Of a stretch of 41,930 nucleotides of DNA, positions 24,928 through 33,812 are shown piece after piece (position 1 is the stretch's first letter; each line of letters opens with the position of its first letter). Location of the stretch: IMG/VR virus record IMGVR_UViG_3300031965_000068, positions 1-41,930 of that record; one strand, written 5' to 3'. This stretch comes from a virus. Taxonomy: Duplodnaviria > Caudoviricetes. A program made the translations under genes and the position numbers. The notes beneath the pieces were generated by a model. That model was given only the letters and a program-made list of their open reading frames with translations. It was not told the DNA's origin and ran no database searches.

Positions 24928-25734
24928 ATGGGCGACAAGTCCGGCATCGAGTGGACCGATGCCACCTGGAACCCGACGACCGGATGCGACCAGGTGAGCC
25001 CCGGCTGTGACAACTGTTACGCCTTGTCGTTGGCTGGACGGTTGAAAGCGATGGGCTCTTCCGCATACCAGAACGACGGCGACCCCCGCACTTCGGGGCC
25101 GGGTTTCAAACTGACGTTGCATCCTGACCGGCTCGACCAACCGCTGCGATGGCAGAAGCCCCGACGGATCTTCGTCAACTCAATGTCAGACCTGTTCCAC
25201 CCCGAGGTACCCGGAGACTTCATCGCCGAGGTGTTCGCAGTCATGGCGCTCGCCGACCAACACCAGTTCCAAGTGCTGACGAAGCGGCCGCAGTTTATGG
25301 CCCGCCGACTCAGCAACGACGCCTTCATCGACGATGTCGACTCAGCGCGCCTTCGACGCAACCCGTGGCGAATCATGCCCGACTGGCCGCGCCCCAATGT
25401 GTGGTTGGGCACATCAATCGAGAGCGACCGTTACACGTTCCGCGCCAACCATCTCCGCGAGACTCCCGCCGCTGTCCGATTCCTCTCACTCGAACCGCTT
25501 CTCGGCCCGCTCCCCTCACTCAACCTCGACGGGATCGGCTGGGTGATCGTCGGCGGCGAGTCGGGACCCAACCACCGGCCGATCGATCCCGAGTGGGTGC
25601 GTGACATACGCGACCGCTGCCTCGACGCTGGCGTGCCATTCTTCTTCAAACAGTGGGGTGGGCGGACACCGAAGGCCGGCGGGAGAGAGCTGGACGGGCG
25701 AACGTGGGACGAGATGCCCGGGACTCTCCGTTGA
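24928..25734 (+). CDS. phage Gp37/Gp68 (DUF5131) family protein
   Basis: [13 protein letters not shown]...SPGC.NCYA; [10 protein letters not shown]; LTKRP; SLEPLL; WVIVGGESG; FFFKQWGG. Confidence 0.92.
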   Translation: MGDKSGIEWTDATWNPTTGCDQVSPGCDNCYALSLAGRLKAMGSSAYQNDGDPRTSGPGFKLTLHPDRLDQPLRWQKPRRIFVNSMSDLFHPEVPGDFIAEVFAVMALADQHQFQVLTKRPQFMARRLSNDAFIDDVDSARLRRNPWRIMPDWPRPNVWLGTSIESDRYTFRANHLRETPAAVRFLSLEPLLGPLPSLNLDGIGWVIVGGESGPNHRPIDPEWVRDIRDRCLDAGVPFFFKQWGGRTPKAGGRELDGRTWDEMPGTLR

Positions 25735-26633
25735 TCGACGTCGCCGGTCGGGAGAGCCAGTTCCGCGAGCACCTGTGGCCGGTGTATCGGGCGCTTCCCG
25801 ACGAAATCCGGGGCCGTTGGCATGGCGGACAGTTGGACCGCTCTCCCCTCCGCGCCGAGGTGACGCTGGTGGCGTCGTGGGGCGACTACAAACGGGTTCA
25901 GGGACGGGTGCTGTTCCTCGAGCACGGGGTCGGCACGAACTACGGGGATCACCCGTCATTCCCTGGAGGGTCGGGCAAGGATCGAGTGGAGCTCTTCTTG
26001 AACGCCAACCACCTATCCTCGGCTCACAACGAGCGCACTTACCCGAAGGCGAAGCACGCGGTGATCGGCGCTCCCAAGATGGACGAGTGGGCCGGTTACC
26101 GACATGTGCCGAACGATCCACCGGTGGTCGCTCTGGCTTTCGCCGAGCGGAACAACGGGGTCCCGGAGGGCAAGTCGGCGCACCCGCACTACACCAAGGC
26201 ATTGCGCGAGCTGGTGCGGAACGCCCCGGTCCGATTCATCGGCCACGGCCATCCCCGGTCCTGGGCGAAGTGGTCCCGGTTCTGGAAGATGATCCGGGTG
26301 GAGCCGGTGCAGGACTTCCGGGAGGTGCTGCAGCGGGCAGATGTCTACTGCGTGGACGCATCCTCGACCGCCTACGAGTTCGCATCGACTGGTCGGCCGG
26401 TGGTGTCTCTCAACGCCCCCTGGTATCGGCGGGACGTCCACCACGGGGTCCGGTTCTGGCAGTACGTTCCGGGGATCCAGGTCGACGACCCGGCCCACCT
26501 GCCGGGTGCGATCATGCGGGCTCTCGCCGGCGAGGGAGAGGACCTGCGACGGGAGGCGGTCGATGCCGTCCACCCGATACGGGACGGGACCGCCACCAAG
26601 CGGGCGGTTAAAGCGATATTGGAGGTGCTGTGA
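25731..26633 (+). CDS. GT-B glycosyltransferase / CDP-glycerol glycerophosphotransferase-like
   Basis: EHG, G.PKMD, HGHP, DVY.VD.SST.YEF...GRPVV. Confidence 0.7.
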   Translation: MIDVAGRESQFREHLWPVYRALPDEIRGRWHGGQLDRSPLRAEVTLVASWGDYKRVQGRVLFLEHGVGTNYGDHPSFPGGSGKDRVELFLNANHLSSAHNERTYPKAKHAVIGAPKMDEWAGYRHVPNDPPVVALAFAERNNGVPEGKSAHPHYTKALRELVRNAPVRFIGHGHPRSWAKWSRFWKMIRVEPVQDFREVLQRADVYCVDASSTAYEFASTGRPVVSLNAPWYRRDVHHGVRFWQYVPGIQVDDPAHLPGAIMRALAGEGEDLRREAVDAVHPIRDGTATKRAVKAILEVL

Positions 26634-27202
26634 CTGCCGACGAACTGTGCGCTCTGGTGTGGACCGACGAGCCGCCGCCAAAGGACGAGGGGCGCAAGAC
26701 GGTGGGTGGCGAGGGCTGGCTGTCCTGGAACGGGAAAGCTCCCGAGTACGAGTTCTGCGAGTTCGCCGGGGCTCTCGTCCTCCTGCTACGTCCCGTGTCG
26801 ATTGTCGAGACCGGGATGGGAGCCGGGTTCGCCACTCGGCGGCTGATCGCCAACATGAGGCCCCCGTCCTCGCTGGCCTGCTTCGAGTCCGATCCCGAGT
26901 TCCGGGCGGCGGGTAAGGCCCACGCCTGGGACGGGGCCGATATCCAGGACGAGCCCACTCCATCGGCTGTGGATCTGGCTACCGCTGATCTCCTGGTCCT
27001 GGACTCGGCGCAGCCGTGGCGACGTCTCGAGTTCGAGGGATGGGTGGAGCATGGCAAGGCCGGTTCGTACTGTCTGATGCATGATGTCGACCCGACCAGG
27101 GCGAGTGGCTCGGTGCAGCAGGCGATGGCGCACCTGGTCGCCCCATATCCGGGGATCCTGCTTGGCAACCCTCGCGGCGGATGGCTGGGACGACACCCGT
27201 GA
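26630..27202 (+). CDS. class I SAM-dependent methyltransferase
   Basis: IVETGMGAG; LVLDS; MHD. Confidence 0.65.
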   Translation: MTADELCALVWTDEPPPKDEGRKTVGGEGWLSWNGKAPEYEFCEFAGALVLLLRPVSIVETGMGAGFATRRLIANMRPPSSLACFESDPEFRAAGKAHAWDGADIQDEPTPSAVDLATADLLVLDSAQPWRRLEFEGWVEHGKAGSYCLMHDVDPTRASGSVQQAMAHLVAPYPGILLGNPRGGWLGRHP

Positions 27203-27936
27203 ACCTCCGTGATCTGATCCGAGGATTCGACGGGGTGACGGTGGAGGGCGACCCGACCGGGGTGACTGAGGCGGTCCCGATCGAGCGGTGCTACCGGGAG
27301 ACGCTCTCATGGACTCGGCATGACGTGGGAGTCAAGGGCGGCGTAGTGGTTGCCGGGCCCGACCAGTTGATCGACGGAGCCGAGACGATCGTCCGACACG
27401 AGCACCCTCGCTGGCTATTCGGTCGGATGGTGGAGCGGCTACACCCGCGCCGCACGCTGCGACTCGAGATCGTGGATGACGTCGAGATCGCAACCGGAGC
27501 GGTGATCGGGGGAGACGGCTTCGCCTTCGACATGTGGGACGGCCGGTGGTATCGCTTCCCGCACATCGGCGGCGTGCGGATCGGGAGCGGCACGACCATC
27601 GGGGCGAACACCTGTATCGACCGAGGCTCGCTCGGCGACACGGTGATCGGTGCGGATTGCCAGATCGACAACCTCGTTCACGTCGCTCACAACGTCCTCA
27701 TGGGCCGGGGGGTGATGGTGGTGGCCGGGACGGTGATCGGAGGATCGGCAGCGATTGGGGACTACGCCTGGCTGGGAATGGGATGCCGGATCGCGGAAGG
27801 GGTTACGGTGGGCGCCTTCGCCTTCATCGGGGCAGGGGCGGTCGTCACCAAGGACGTCGAGCCGATGGCGGCGATCGTCGGGGTGAACCGGCGGATCGAG
27901 CTGGACCCGACCGTCCGGCCAAGGCTCGGCTACTGA
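27199..27936 (+). CDS. LpxD-like hexapeptide-repeat acyltransferase
   Basis: IGGDGF.F; IGANTCIDRG; IDNLVHVAHNV; GAGAVVTKDV. Confidence 0.88.
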   Translation: MNLRDLIRGFDGVTVEGDPTGVTEAVPIERCYRETLSWTRHDVGVKGGVVVAGPDQLIDGAETIVRHEHPRWLFGRMVERLHPRRTLRLEIVDDVEIATGAVIGGDGFAFDMWDGRWYRFPHIGGVRIGSGTTIGANTCIDRGSLGDTVIGADCQIDNLVHVAHNVLMGRGVMVVAGTVIGGSAAIGDYAWLGMGCRIAEGVTVGAFAFIGAGAVVTKDVEPMAAIVGVNRRIELDPTVRPRLGY

Positions 27937-28577
27937 TGAACCCGGCGCTGTGCGTAATCGCCCACCCGGACGACCTCGAGCCGCAGGCGGGCGGAACGGT
28001 GGCCCGCCTCTCGCAGACGAGGGAGGTGACCGTGGTCTACCTGTGCGCCCCCACGATCAACGGCGACGGCCTAGACAAGGACCGGGAGGTGGAGGCGATA
28101 CGAGCGGCCACCTATCTCGGGATCGTCCACGTCGAGTTCCTGCGGTGGCCCGCCGAGGAAGTCACCGACGACTACGACCACATCGCCGTCGTTGATCGGC
28201 TGCGGAAGGAACTCGGCGCCAACCTGATCATCGGGCATGGGCTGGACGATTCCCAGCAGCACCACCGGGCGGCGGCTCAGATCGTCCGCACCCTGGCACG
28301 GCGCAACCGGATCGACCTGTGGGAGATGGACCACTCGATGCCGGCGGGGCTGGTCTCAACTCGACCCCGCCCGAACCTGTTCGTCGACGTCACCGAGACC
28401 TATGGTGCGAAGATGACGGCGGTCGATTGCTACCCGTCGATGGAGGCCAGGCATCCCGGATGGCGGGAGGGGATCATCGCCCGCGATCGGTACTATGGAT
28501 TCATGCTCAACCAGGACGGCGACACCGGGACCACGTTCGCCGAGGGGTTCGTGGCAAGGCACTCGGCGTGGTTCTGA
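27936..28577 (+). CDS. PIG-L/LmbE family deacetylase
   Basis: AHPDD...GGT; R..EA..AA..LG; H...AEGF. Confidence 0.85.
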   Translation: MNPALCVIAHPDDLEPQAGGTVARLSQTREVTVVYLCAPTINGDGLDKDREVEAIRAATYLGIVHVEFLRWPAEEVTDDYDHIAVVDRLRKELGANLIIGHGLDDSQQHHRAAAQIVRTLARRNRIDLWEMDHSMPAGLVSTRPRPNLFVDVTETYGAKMTAVDCYPSMEARHPGWREGIIARDRYYGFMLNQDGDTGTTFAEGFVARHSAWF

Positions 28578-28600
28578 GACAGCCCGTCGTCGGATCTCGT

Positions 28601-28708
28601 ATGTCCCGCCAGCAGGCGATCGACGTGGCCCGGGGGCTCACCCGCAAGACGGGCCGCTATCACAAGGTGTACCGCTGTAAGGACTGCGGCTTCTGGCACG
28701 TCAAGTGA
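28601..28708 (+). CDS. small Zn-ribbon protein
   Basis: YRCKDCGFWHV. Confidence 0.55.
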   Translation: MSRQQAIDVARGLTRKTGRYHKVYRCKDCGFWHVK

Positions 28709-29658
28709 TCGACGCCTACGCCAGCCTTCCCCACTTCCTGACCCACCTCGCCCCGCTCCGTCGGGTGATCGACCGGCTGTGGGTCCCGCCCTCGTTATCG
28801 ACGTCTCCTGCCATTTTGGGTCTTGACTCTTCCCCTATCAAGGGGACGATGCGTCGCGAGGCTCTCGGGGGGTCTCGGACACCTCTCGTGGTCGCCTCGT
28901 ACCAGGACTACACCCGGGTTCGTGGGTTTGGACGGCCGATCGTCTACCTGGAGCACGGGTACGGGCAGACCTGGCTGGGATCGGATCACCCCAGCTATCC
29001 CGGTGGGAAGGGCAAGGGTGACGTGTCGCTGTTCCTGTGCCCCAACGAGCGGGTGGCGGAGGCGAACCGGCGGGCCTATCCCAACGCCGAGGTGGCGGTG
29101 GTCGGCTCTCCCCGAGTCGAGCACCTCGCAAGGCTCAGAGGCGACGGGGGGGAGACGGTGGCATTCGGCTGGCACTGGAACTGCACCCAGTGGGAAGAGG
29201 CCAAGTCGACGTTTCTCGAGTACCGGGATGCGGTGGCGAGGGCGGCGGCACGGTGGCCCTCGGTCGGTCACGGCCACCCGAAGGACTGGAACCGGCTGGC
29301 GGAGTGGTACGCCCGGAAGGGGATCCGTTCGGAGTGGCTGTGGGACAACGTCGTCCGGGAGGCGGGGGTGTATGTGTGCGACGGGTCGTCCACCATCTAC
29401 GAGGCATGTGCCATCGGTCTGCCGGTGGTCCTCTTGAACGGGAGAACTTGGCGGCGGGACGTCCACCATGGAATGCGCTACTGGGAGTGGGCCGACGTCG
29501 GGCCGACCGTCAATCATCCGGCGGAGCTGGAGCCGGCCATCTTCGAGGTGATCTGCGCCGACCGTTGGGGGGAGCGGCGGTCCGAGGTGGCACTGGAGGC
29601 CTTCGGTCCACTGGAGGGGGCGACCGAGCGAGCGGTGGAGGCAATACGCCGTTTGTGA
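28705..29658 (+). CDS. second GT-B glycosyltransferase-like paralog
   Basis: Shares VAS..DY.RV, LEHG.G, DHPS.PGG.GK, HGHP and RRDVHHG with 25731-26633. Confidence 0.72.
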   Translation: MIDAYASLPHFLTHLAPLRRVIDRLWVPPSLSTSPAILGLDSSPIKGTMRREALGGSRTPLVVASYQDYTRVRGFGRPIVYLEHGYGQTWLGSDHPSYPGGKGKGDVSLFLCPNERVAEANRRAYPNAEVAVVGSPRVEHLARLRGDGGETVAFGWHWNCTQWEEAKSTFLEYRDAVARAAARWPSVGHGHPKDWNRLAEWYARKGIRSEWLWDNVVREAGVYVCDGSSTIYEACAIGLPVVLLNGRTWRRDVHHGMRYWEWADVGPTVNHPAELEPAIFEVICADRWGERRSEVALEAFGPLEGATERAVEAIRRL

Positions 29659-29671
29659 GTAGCGGTACGCT
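29656..29671 (+). promoter_or_regulatory. late-type promoter (second capsid gene; leaderless)
   Basis: TGAG-TAGC-GGTACGCT, ATG 8 nt later. Confidence 0.7.
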
Positions 29672-29679
29672 CGCGGACG

Positions 29680-30537
29680 ATGCGAAACCCAGCACCCGCT
29701 CCAGTCGTCTCGCAGTTGCGTCGGTCCCTGATCACGGCAGCCCGAACCCCGGAGGATTCGGTTCGCTGGCTCCCCGGAATCACCTATCAGCCGATGGCGG
29801 CGGTGGGGGGCGGCGGCTTCGATCCCTGCGAGTCGGTGGCCCTCGATGGTCTCGACTCCCCGGACGCCGTCGAATGGGACGCCTTCGGGATCTTCATCGG
29901 CGAGACCTGTTCCACCATCGGCACCGATCTCGACGCTCTCGCCTCCCGAGTCGAGTCCCGGCTGCGGATCCAGACTCCGCACCTGGTGGAGCAGGTGTTC
30001 TCGACGCTGATCCTGCAGGACGCCTCCGACTTCACCGATGACCACCCGAACGTTCCTCTGTACGACATCTCGGCCACAGACGTCACCGGGACAGGCACGC
30101 CGGTCGGTCTTGTCACCGGGTTCTCTTTGCTTGCGGAGGGCCTGGCTGACACGATCGGCTCGGCGCAGGGCTTCATCCACGCCCCGATCGAACTGGGGCC
30201 GTTCCTCGAGTTCTATGGGCTCGTCTTTGTTGACGGGAACCAGTTGCGGACCAGGCTGACCGACCACATCGTGGTTCTCGGCACCGGATACTCGGGAGCC
30301 GGCCCCGACCAGGAAGAGGACGAAGGCGTGACGTGGGTGTACGCCACCTCCCCGGTCGAGGTGCGGCTGGGAGAGATCGACGTCTCCGGCACCGACCGCT
30401 CGTCGATGGTCCGCTCGGTGAACGACTTCGAGATCCGAGCCACCCGTCCGGTCCTGGCACACTGGGACCTGTCGGCGCATCTCGCCGTTCCGATCTGTAC
30501 CCCCGACCCAGGCCCCGACTGTCCGTCCGGTTCGTAA
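29680..30537 (+). CDS. second capsid protein (pentamer-type, as in cluster-B-like actinophages)
   Basis: RW..G...C...F...CS..G...VE motifs; immediately before tail tube gene. Confidence 0.55.
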   Translation: MRNPAPAPVVSQLRRSLITAARTPEDSVRWLPGITYQPMAAVGGGGFDPCESVALDGLDSPDAVEWDAFGIFIGETCSTIGTDLDALASRVESRLRIQTPHLVEQVFSTLILQDASDFTDDHPNVPLYDISATDVTGTGTPVGLVTGFSLLAEGLADTIGSAQGFIHAPIELGPFLEFYGLVFVDGNQLRTRLTDHIVVLGTGYSGAGPDQEEDEGVTWVYATSPVEVRLGEIDVSGTDRSSMVRSVNDFEIRATRPVLAHWDLSAHLAVPICTPDPGPDCPSGS

Positions 30538-30549
30538 AGGAGAACCCTC

Positions 30550-31221
30550 ATGGCAAACCAGCCCGGCTGTTACTCGGTCCTCGACTTCTGCGCGATCCGT
30601 GCATCGCGCCTGACTGCCGACGGGACCCCCGACTACGACGAAGAGTTCGGCTCCGCCGAGGACAACTCGCCCATCAGTCTCGGCCGCACCGCCCAGGTGA
30701 CGACCGGGGACCGCTTCGAGCGGAAGAACGGCTGTGGCGTGGTCTGCTCCGTCAAGGAGAACCCGGACACCACCACCGGCGAGACGCTGTCGCTCTCGCT
30801 GTGCAACCTGAACATCGAACTGATCGAGCTGCTGACCGGGGCGACGGTGATCCTCGATCCCGCCGATCCCAACGTCATCATCGGCTTCATCGTCCCGGAC
30901 CCGACGGCGGTGCAGCCCTCGATCGAGCTCAACGGTTGGTCCAAGACGTGGGACGCGGACTCGCAGGTGGCGGACCCGTACAGCTACACCCGGTTCGTGT
31001 GGCCGCTCACGACGTGGCGGATCGCCGACTGGACGCTGCAGAACGGCTTCCTCGATGTGACGCTGGAGGGCAAGGCCAGCGGCAACAGCAACATCTCCGA
31101 CGGCTCGTTCTCCGATCATCCGGCGGCGATCACCGAGTACTTCGGGCTGTTCTTCGACGAAGCGGCCAACGTCCCGGACGGCTGCGGCTATCTGGCCACC
31201 CCGGTCAACGCCGCATCCTGA
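30550..31221 (+). CDS. major tail (tube) protein
   Basis: SD AAGGAG; KN.CG..C, L.LC..N.EL..LLTG; followed by terminator. Confidence 0.7.
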   Translation: MANQPGCYSVLDFCAIRASRLTADGTPDYDEEFGSAEDNSPISLGRTAQVTTGDRFERKNGCGVVCSVKENPDTTTGETLSLSLCNLNIELIELLTGATVILDPADPNVIIGFIVPDPTAVQPSIELNGWSKTWDADSQVADPYSYTRFVWPLTTWRIADWTLQNGFLDVTLEGKASGNSNISDGSFSDHPAAITEYFGLFFDEAANVPDGCGYLATPVNAAS

Positions 31222-31242
31222 CCAGACAATCAAAGCCCCGTG

Positions 31243-31294
31243 AGGCCCGCCCAACCCTGAGTACCGACAGGGGACGGGCGGGCCTTCGGGTTTG
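31243..31294 (+). terminator. intrinsic terminator
   Basis: AGGCCCGCCC/GGGCGGGCCT followed by TCGGGTTTG. Confidence 0.6.
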
Positions 31295-31310
31295 TGAGAG
31301 TGGGTAGCCT
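31295..31310 (+). promoter_or_regulatory. late-type promoter (adaptor operon; leaderless)
   Basis: TGAG-AGTG-GGTAGCCT, ATG 6 nt later. Confidence 0.65.
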
Positions 31311-31316
31311 CCGCTC

Positions 31317-32078
31317 ATGCTCTGCGCCCCCTGGATCGACGCCATCCCGGAGTCCTGCACCGCAGAGGCCGTCTCGGCGGATCTGCTGGAGGAAGCCCTG
31401 GCGGTCGCCTCGTCCACCTTGTACCTGGCGACGGGCCGGGTCTACTCCGGGGAATGCTCGGCCGTCCTCCGCCCCTGCTCGCCTCCGATCCTGTTCGACC
31501 GTCTCGAGCCGATGCCCTGGTATCCGATCCGAACCTCGGACGGCTCCTGGCTGAACCTGTCGACGGCGTGCGATTGTCACATCGACTACGCCTGCGGATG
31601 CAACGGCATCCCCCAGGTGGATCTCGGACGCAACGATGTTCGGTCTGTCACCGAAGTCCTGATCGACGGTGACGTGCTCGACACCGCGGCCTACCGGCTG
31701 GACGAGCGCCGGCTGTTGGTCCGCATCGATGGCGGATGGTGGCCGTGTTGTCAGGACCTCGCCAAGCCCTCGACGGAGGTGGGGACGTGGGAGATCTCGC
31801 TCACCTATGGGACGATGCCGCCTCGGCTTCTCCAGCGGGCGGCGGAGATCCTGGCGTGCGAGTACGTCAAGGCCGAGGTGGATCCCGAGGAATGCCAGTT
31901 GCCACTGAACACGGTGACGGTCATCCGGCAGGGACTCACCATGGAGCTCCTGCCGCTCGACGGGCAGGCCACCGGGGTGCCGGCGGTGGACTCGATCGTG
32001 CGTCAGGTGAATCCGGACGGACTCACTCGGTCGGGCGAGGTGTGGTCCCCCGACTTCGCTCGGCACAGGCAGACCTGA
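31317..32078 (+). CDS. head-to-tail adaptor
   Basis: C.PW; L..ATGR; WP.CQDL; LACE; RQG; TG...VD; VNP; VWSPD. Confidence 0.75.
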   Translation: MLCAPWIDAIPESCTAEAVSADLLEEALAVASSTLYLATGRVYSGECSAVLRPCSPPILFDRLEPMPWYPIRTSDGSWLNLSTACDCHIDYACGCNGIPQVDLGRNDVRSVTEVLIDGDVLDTAAYRLDERRLLVRIDGGWWPCCQDLAKPSTEVGTWEISLTYGTMPPRLLQRAAEILACEYVKAEVDPEECQLPLNTVTVIRQGLTMELLPLDGQATGVPAVDSIVRQVNPDGLTRSGEVWSPDFARHRQT

Positions 32079-32473
32079 TGGCGCTCGGAGACCTCCAGCC
32101 CCTGCTCGACAACTACCGGCAGACCATCGCCGGCCCGCTGCGCGGTCGGATCGAACAACGGCTCCAGCAAGCGGCTCCCGTGGGAGAGACCGGGAACACC
32201 AAGCGCAACACCCGGGTTCGGCTGGTGGCGAACAACCGCAACGAGATCCGGCTGGCGGCCGAGGTGAACGTGGACTACGCCCAATTCCCGGAAGAGGGCA
32301 CTCGTGCTCACACCATCGTTCCCCGACGGGCGCAGGCGCTGTCGTTCTACTGGCCGAAGCTGGGTCGGCGGGTATTCCTTGCCAGGGTCAACCACCCCGG
32401 CAACCCGGCCCGGCCCTGGTTCCATCCGACTCTGGCCCGCTTCGCCGAGTTCATTCGGGAGGTGGCGGCATGA
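32078..32473 (+). CDS. HK97 gp10-like neck/tail component
   Basis: AP...G...YA...EEGTRAH.I...VNHPG....PW. Confidence 0.7.
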   Translation: MALGDLQPLLDNYRQTIAGPLRGRIEQRLQQAAPVGETGNTKRNTRVRLVANNRNEIRLAAEVNVDYAQFPEEGTRAHTIVPRRAQALSFYWPKLGRRVFLARVNHPGNPARPWFHPTLARFAEFIREVAA

Positions 32474-32907
32474 GCTGGTTCGAGACGATGCAGGCAATCC
32501 AGACGGTGGTGGAGACGGCCCTGGCGGCTGCGATCGCGGCCGAGACGATCGACGACGGGCCGGTGGTGGTCATCATGCCCGGCGACTCGGCCTGGGATCA
32601 GTGCGAGCGGGTGACGATCTTCCTCGGCAATGTCGAGTTCACGCAGCGCGCCTGCTCGGTGAAGCCCTTGGTCGAGTATCGAGTGCGAATGAACGTCTGC
32701 ATCCCGGGAGACCCCAAGACAAAGGCGGCAACATGGGAAACGGAAGCGAAGAACCTCTACGACCTGGCGGAGATAGTGCTGGGGGCGGTGACGTCGAACC
32801 TGGCGGCTCTGTTCGGGGACTGCGAGACGGCGACAGTCCTGCCCCTGCTCAGCCTCCAGCCAAGCGGCGGGCAAGCAGGAGTCGAGTTCGGCGTCCGAAC
32901 TTCGTGA
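32470..32907 (+). CDS. tail terminator-like protein
   Basis: Position; WD.C...P.GG.AG. Confidence 0.55.
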   Translation: MSWFETMQAIQTVVETALAAAIAAETIDDGPVVVIMPGDSAWDQCERVTIFLGNVEFTQRACSVKPLVEYRVRMNVCIPGDPKTKAATWETEAKNLYDLAEIVLGAVTSNLAALFGDCETATVLPLLSLQPSGGQAGVEFGVRTS

Positions 32908-33068
32908 CGGTCATCCCGGCCATCGCTCACGACGGCATGGCCCGCAAGCAGGAATACGTCCTGCGACTCACCGACGACGTGCAGGCCCGCATCGATGGTG
33001 GCGTGCTGGTAGTGTCGCCCAACCAAGACGCTGCCAAAGAGAGGGACCGTGTCGAAAGAGGTAAGTGA
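32904..33068 (+). CDS. small hypothetical protein
   Basis: GTGA overlap. Confidence 0.5.
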   Translation: MTVIPAIAHDGMARKQEYVLRLTDDVQARIDGGVLVVSPNQDAAKERDRVERGK

Positions 33069-33510
33069 GTGGGAACTGAACCCGATGGGGTATGTGATCG
33101 TCCGTCTGGTCGATGACGACGGCAATGTCAGGTCGACCCACAAGTGCCGCCGGCCCAAGCTGCGGGAATACCGGGAACTGCGCAACAGCCTCGAAGAGAT
33201 CACCCGGGAGGCGACCAACAAGCAGCAGGAGCTCAACGACCTGCAGAAGCAGATGAACGAGAAGGACGCCGACCTCGACGCCCTGAACGAAAAGCTCTCG
33301 GAGGCGCTCGACTGGCTGGCGGAACGCTCGGTCCCCTGGATCAGGGACGCCTTCCAGAGGCTGGCCGACAACCCGCTCCCCGAGGACGAGGGCGAGTGGC
33401 CCCCCTTCCTGGTAGCCCAGGAGATCCCGCTGCAGATGGTCCGTCACTGGCGGTCGGTCCCTTTAGGCTCTGGCAGGGCCGGAACGAACTCCCCCTCCGC
33501 GAACGGCTGA
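33049..33510 (+). CDS. tail assembly chaperone (G)
   Basis: Upstream of TMP; slippery site near 3' end. Confidence 0.7.
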   Translation: MSKEVSEWELNPMGYVIVRLVDDDGNVRSTHKCRRPKLREYRELRNSLEEITREATNKQQELNDLQKQMNEKDADLDALNEKLSEALDWLAERSVPWIRDAFQRLADNPLPEDEGEWPPFLVAQEIPLQMVRHWRSVPLGSGRAGTNSPSANG

Positions 33511-33803
33511 AACGCCGCAAGGAGAAGGTGTCGGATCTTCTCGCCGGGGATCTCGAGTCGGCGGTCCTGTACCGGGCCCTACCTCTCGGTCCTGCCGTCC
33601 TCGACGAGCTCGAGCTGTGGCAGATCGGCGTCCTACTCGGCATGGACATGCGCGACCCGTTGCCCGGCGAGAACCCCGATCCCGAGGTGGACGCGTATCT
33701 GGCCCAGCAGCAGGCCCGGGCGATGAAGGCGGCCGAGGTGGCGGCGGCCCGCAAGGCCAAACTGCAGGCAGCCCGGGAGAAGGGCCGATCTGAGAAGCGG
33801 TAG
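33459..33803 (+). other. -1 programmed frameshift (C CCT TTA) and GT extension
   Basis: X XXY YYZ heptamer at 33459-33465 in correct phase; -1 frame open to TAG 33803. Confidence 0.75.
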
Positions 33804-33806
33804 CGT
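33791..33806 (+). promoter_or_regulatory. late-type promoter (tape measure; leaderless)
   Basis: TGAG-AAGC-GGTAGCGT, GTG 6 nt later. Confidence 0.65.
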
Positions 33807-33812
33807 TTCGGC

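Noticed and set aside
27199-27936. True lpxD / lipid A pathway
   Set aside because: Shortened protein, no other lpx genes, actinophage-like context; only the fold is supported
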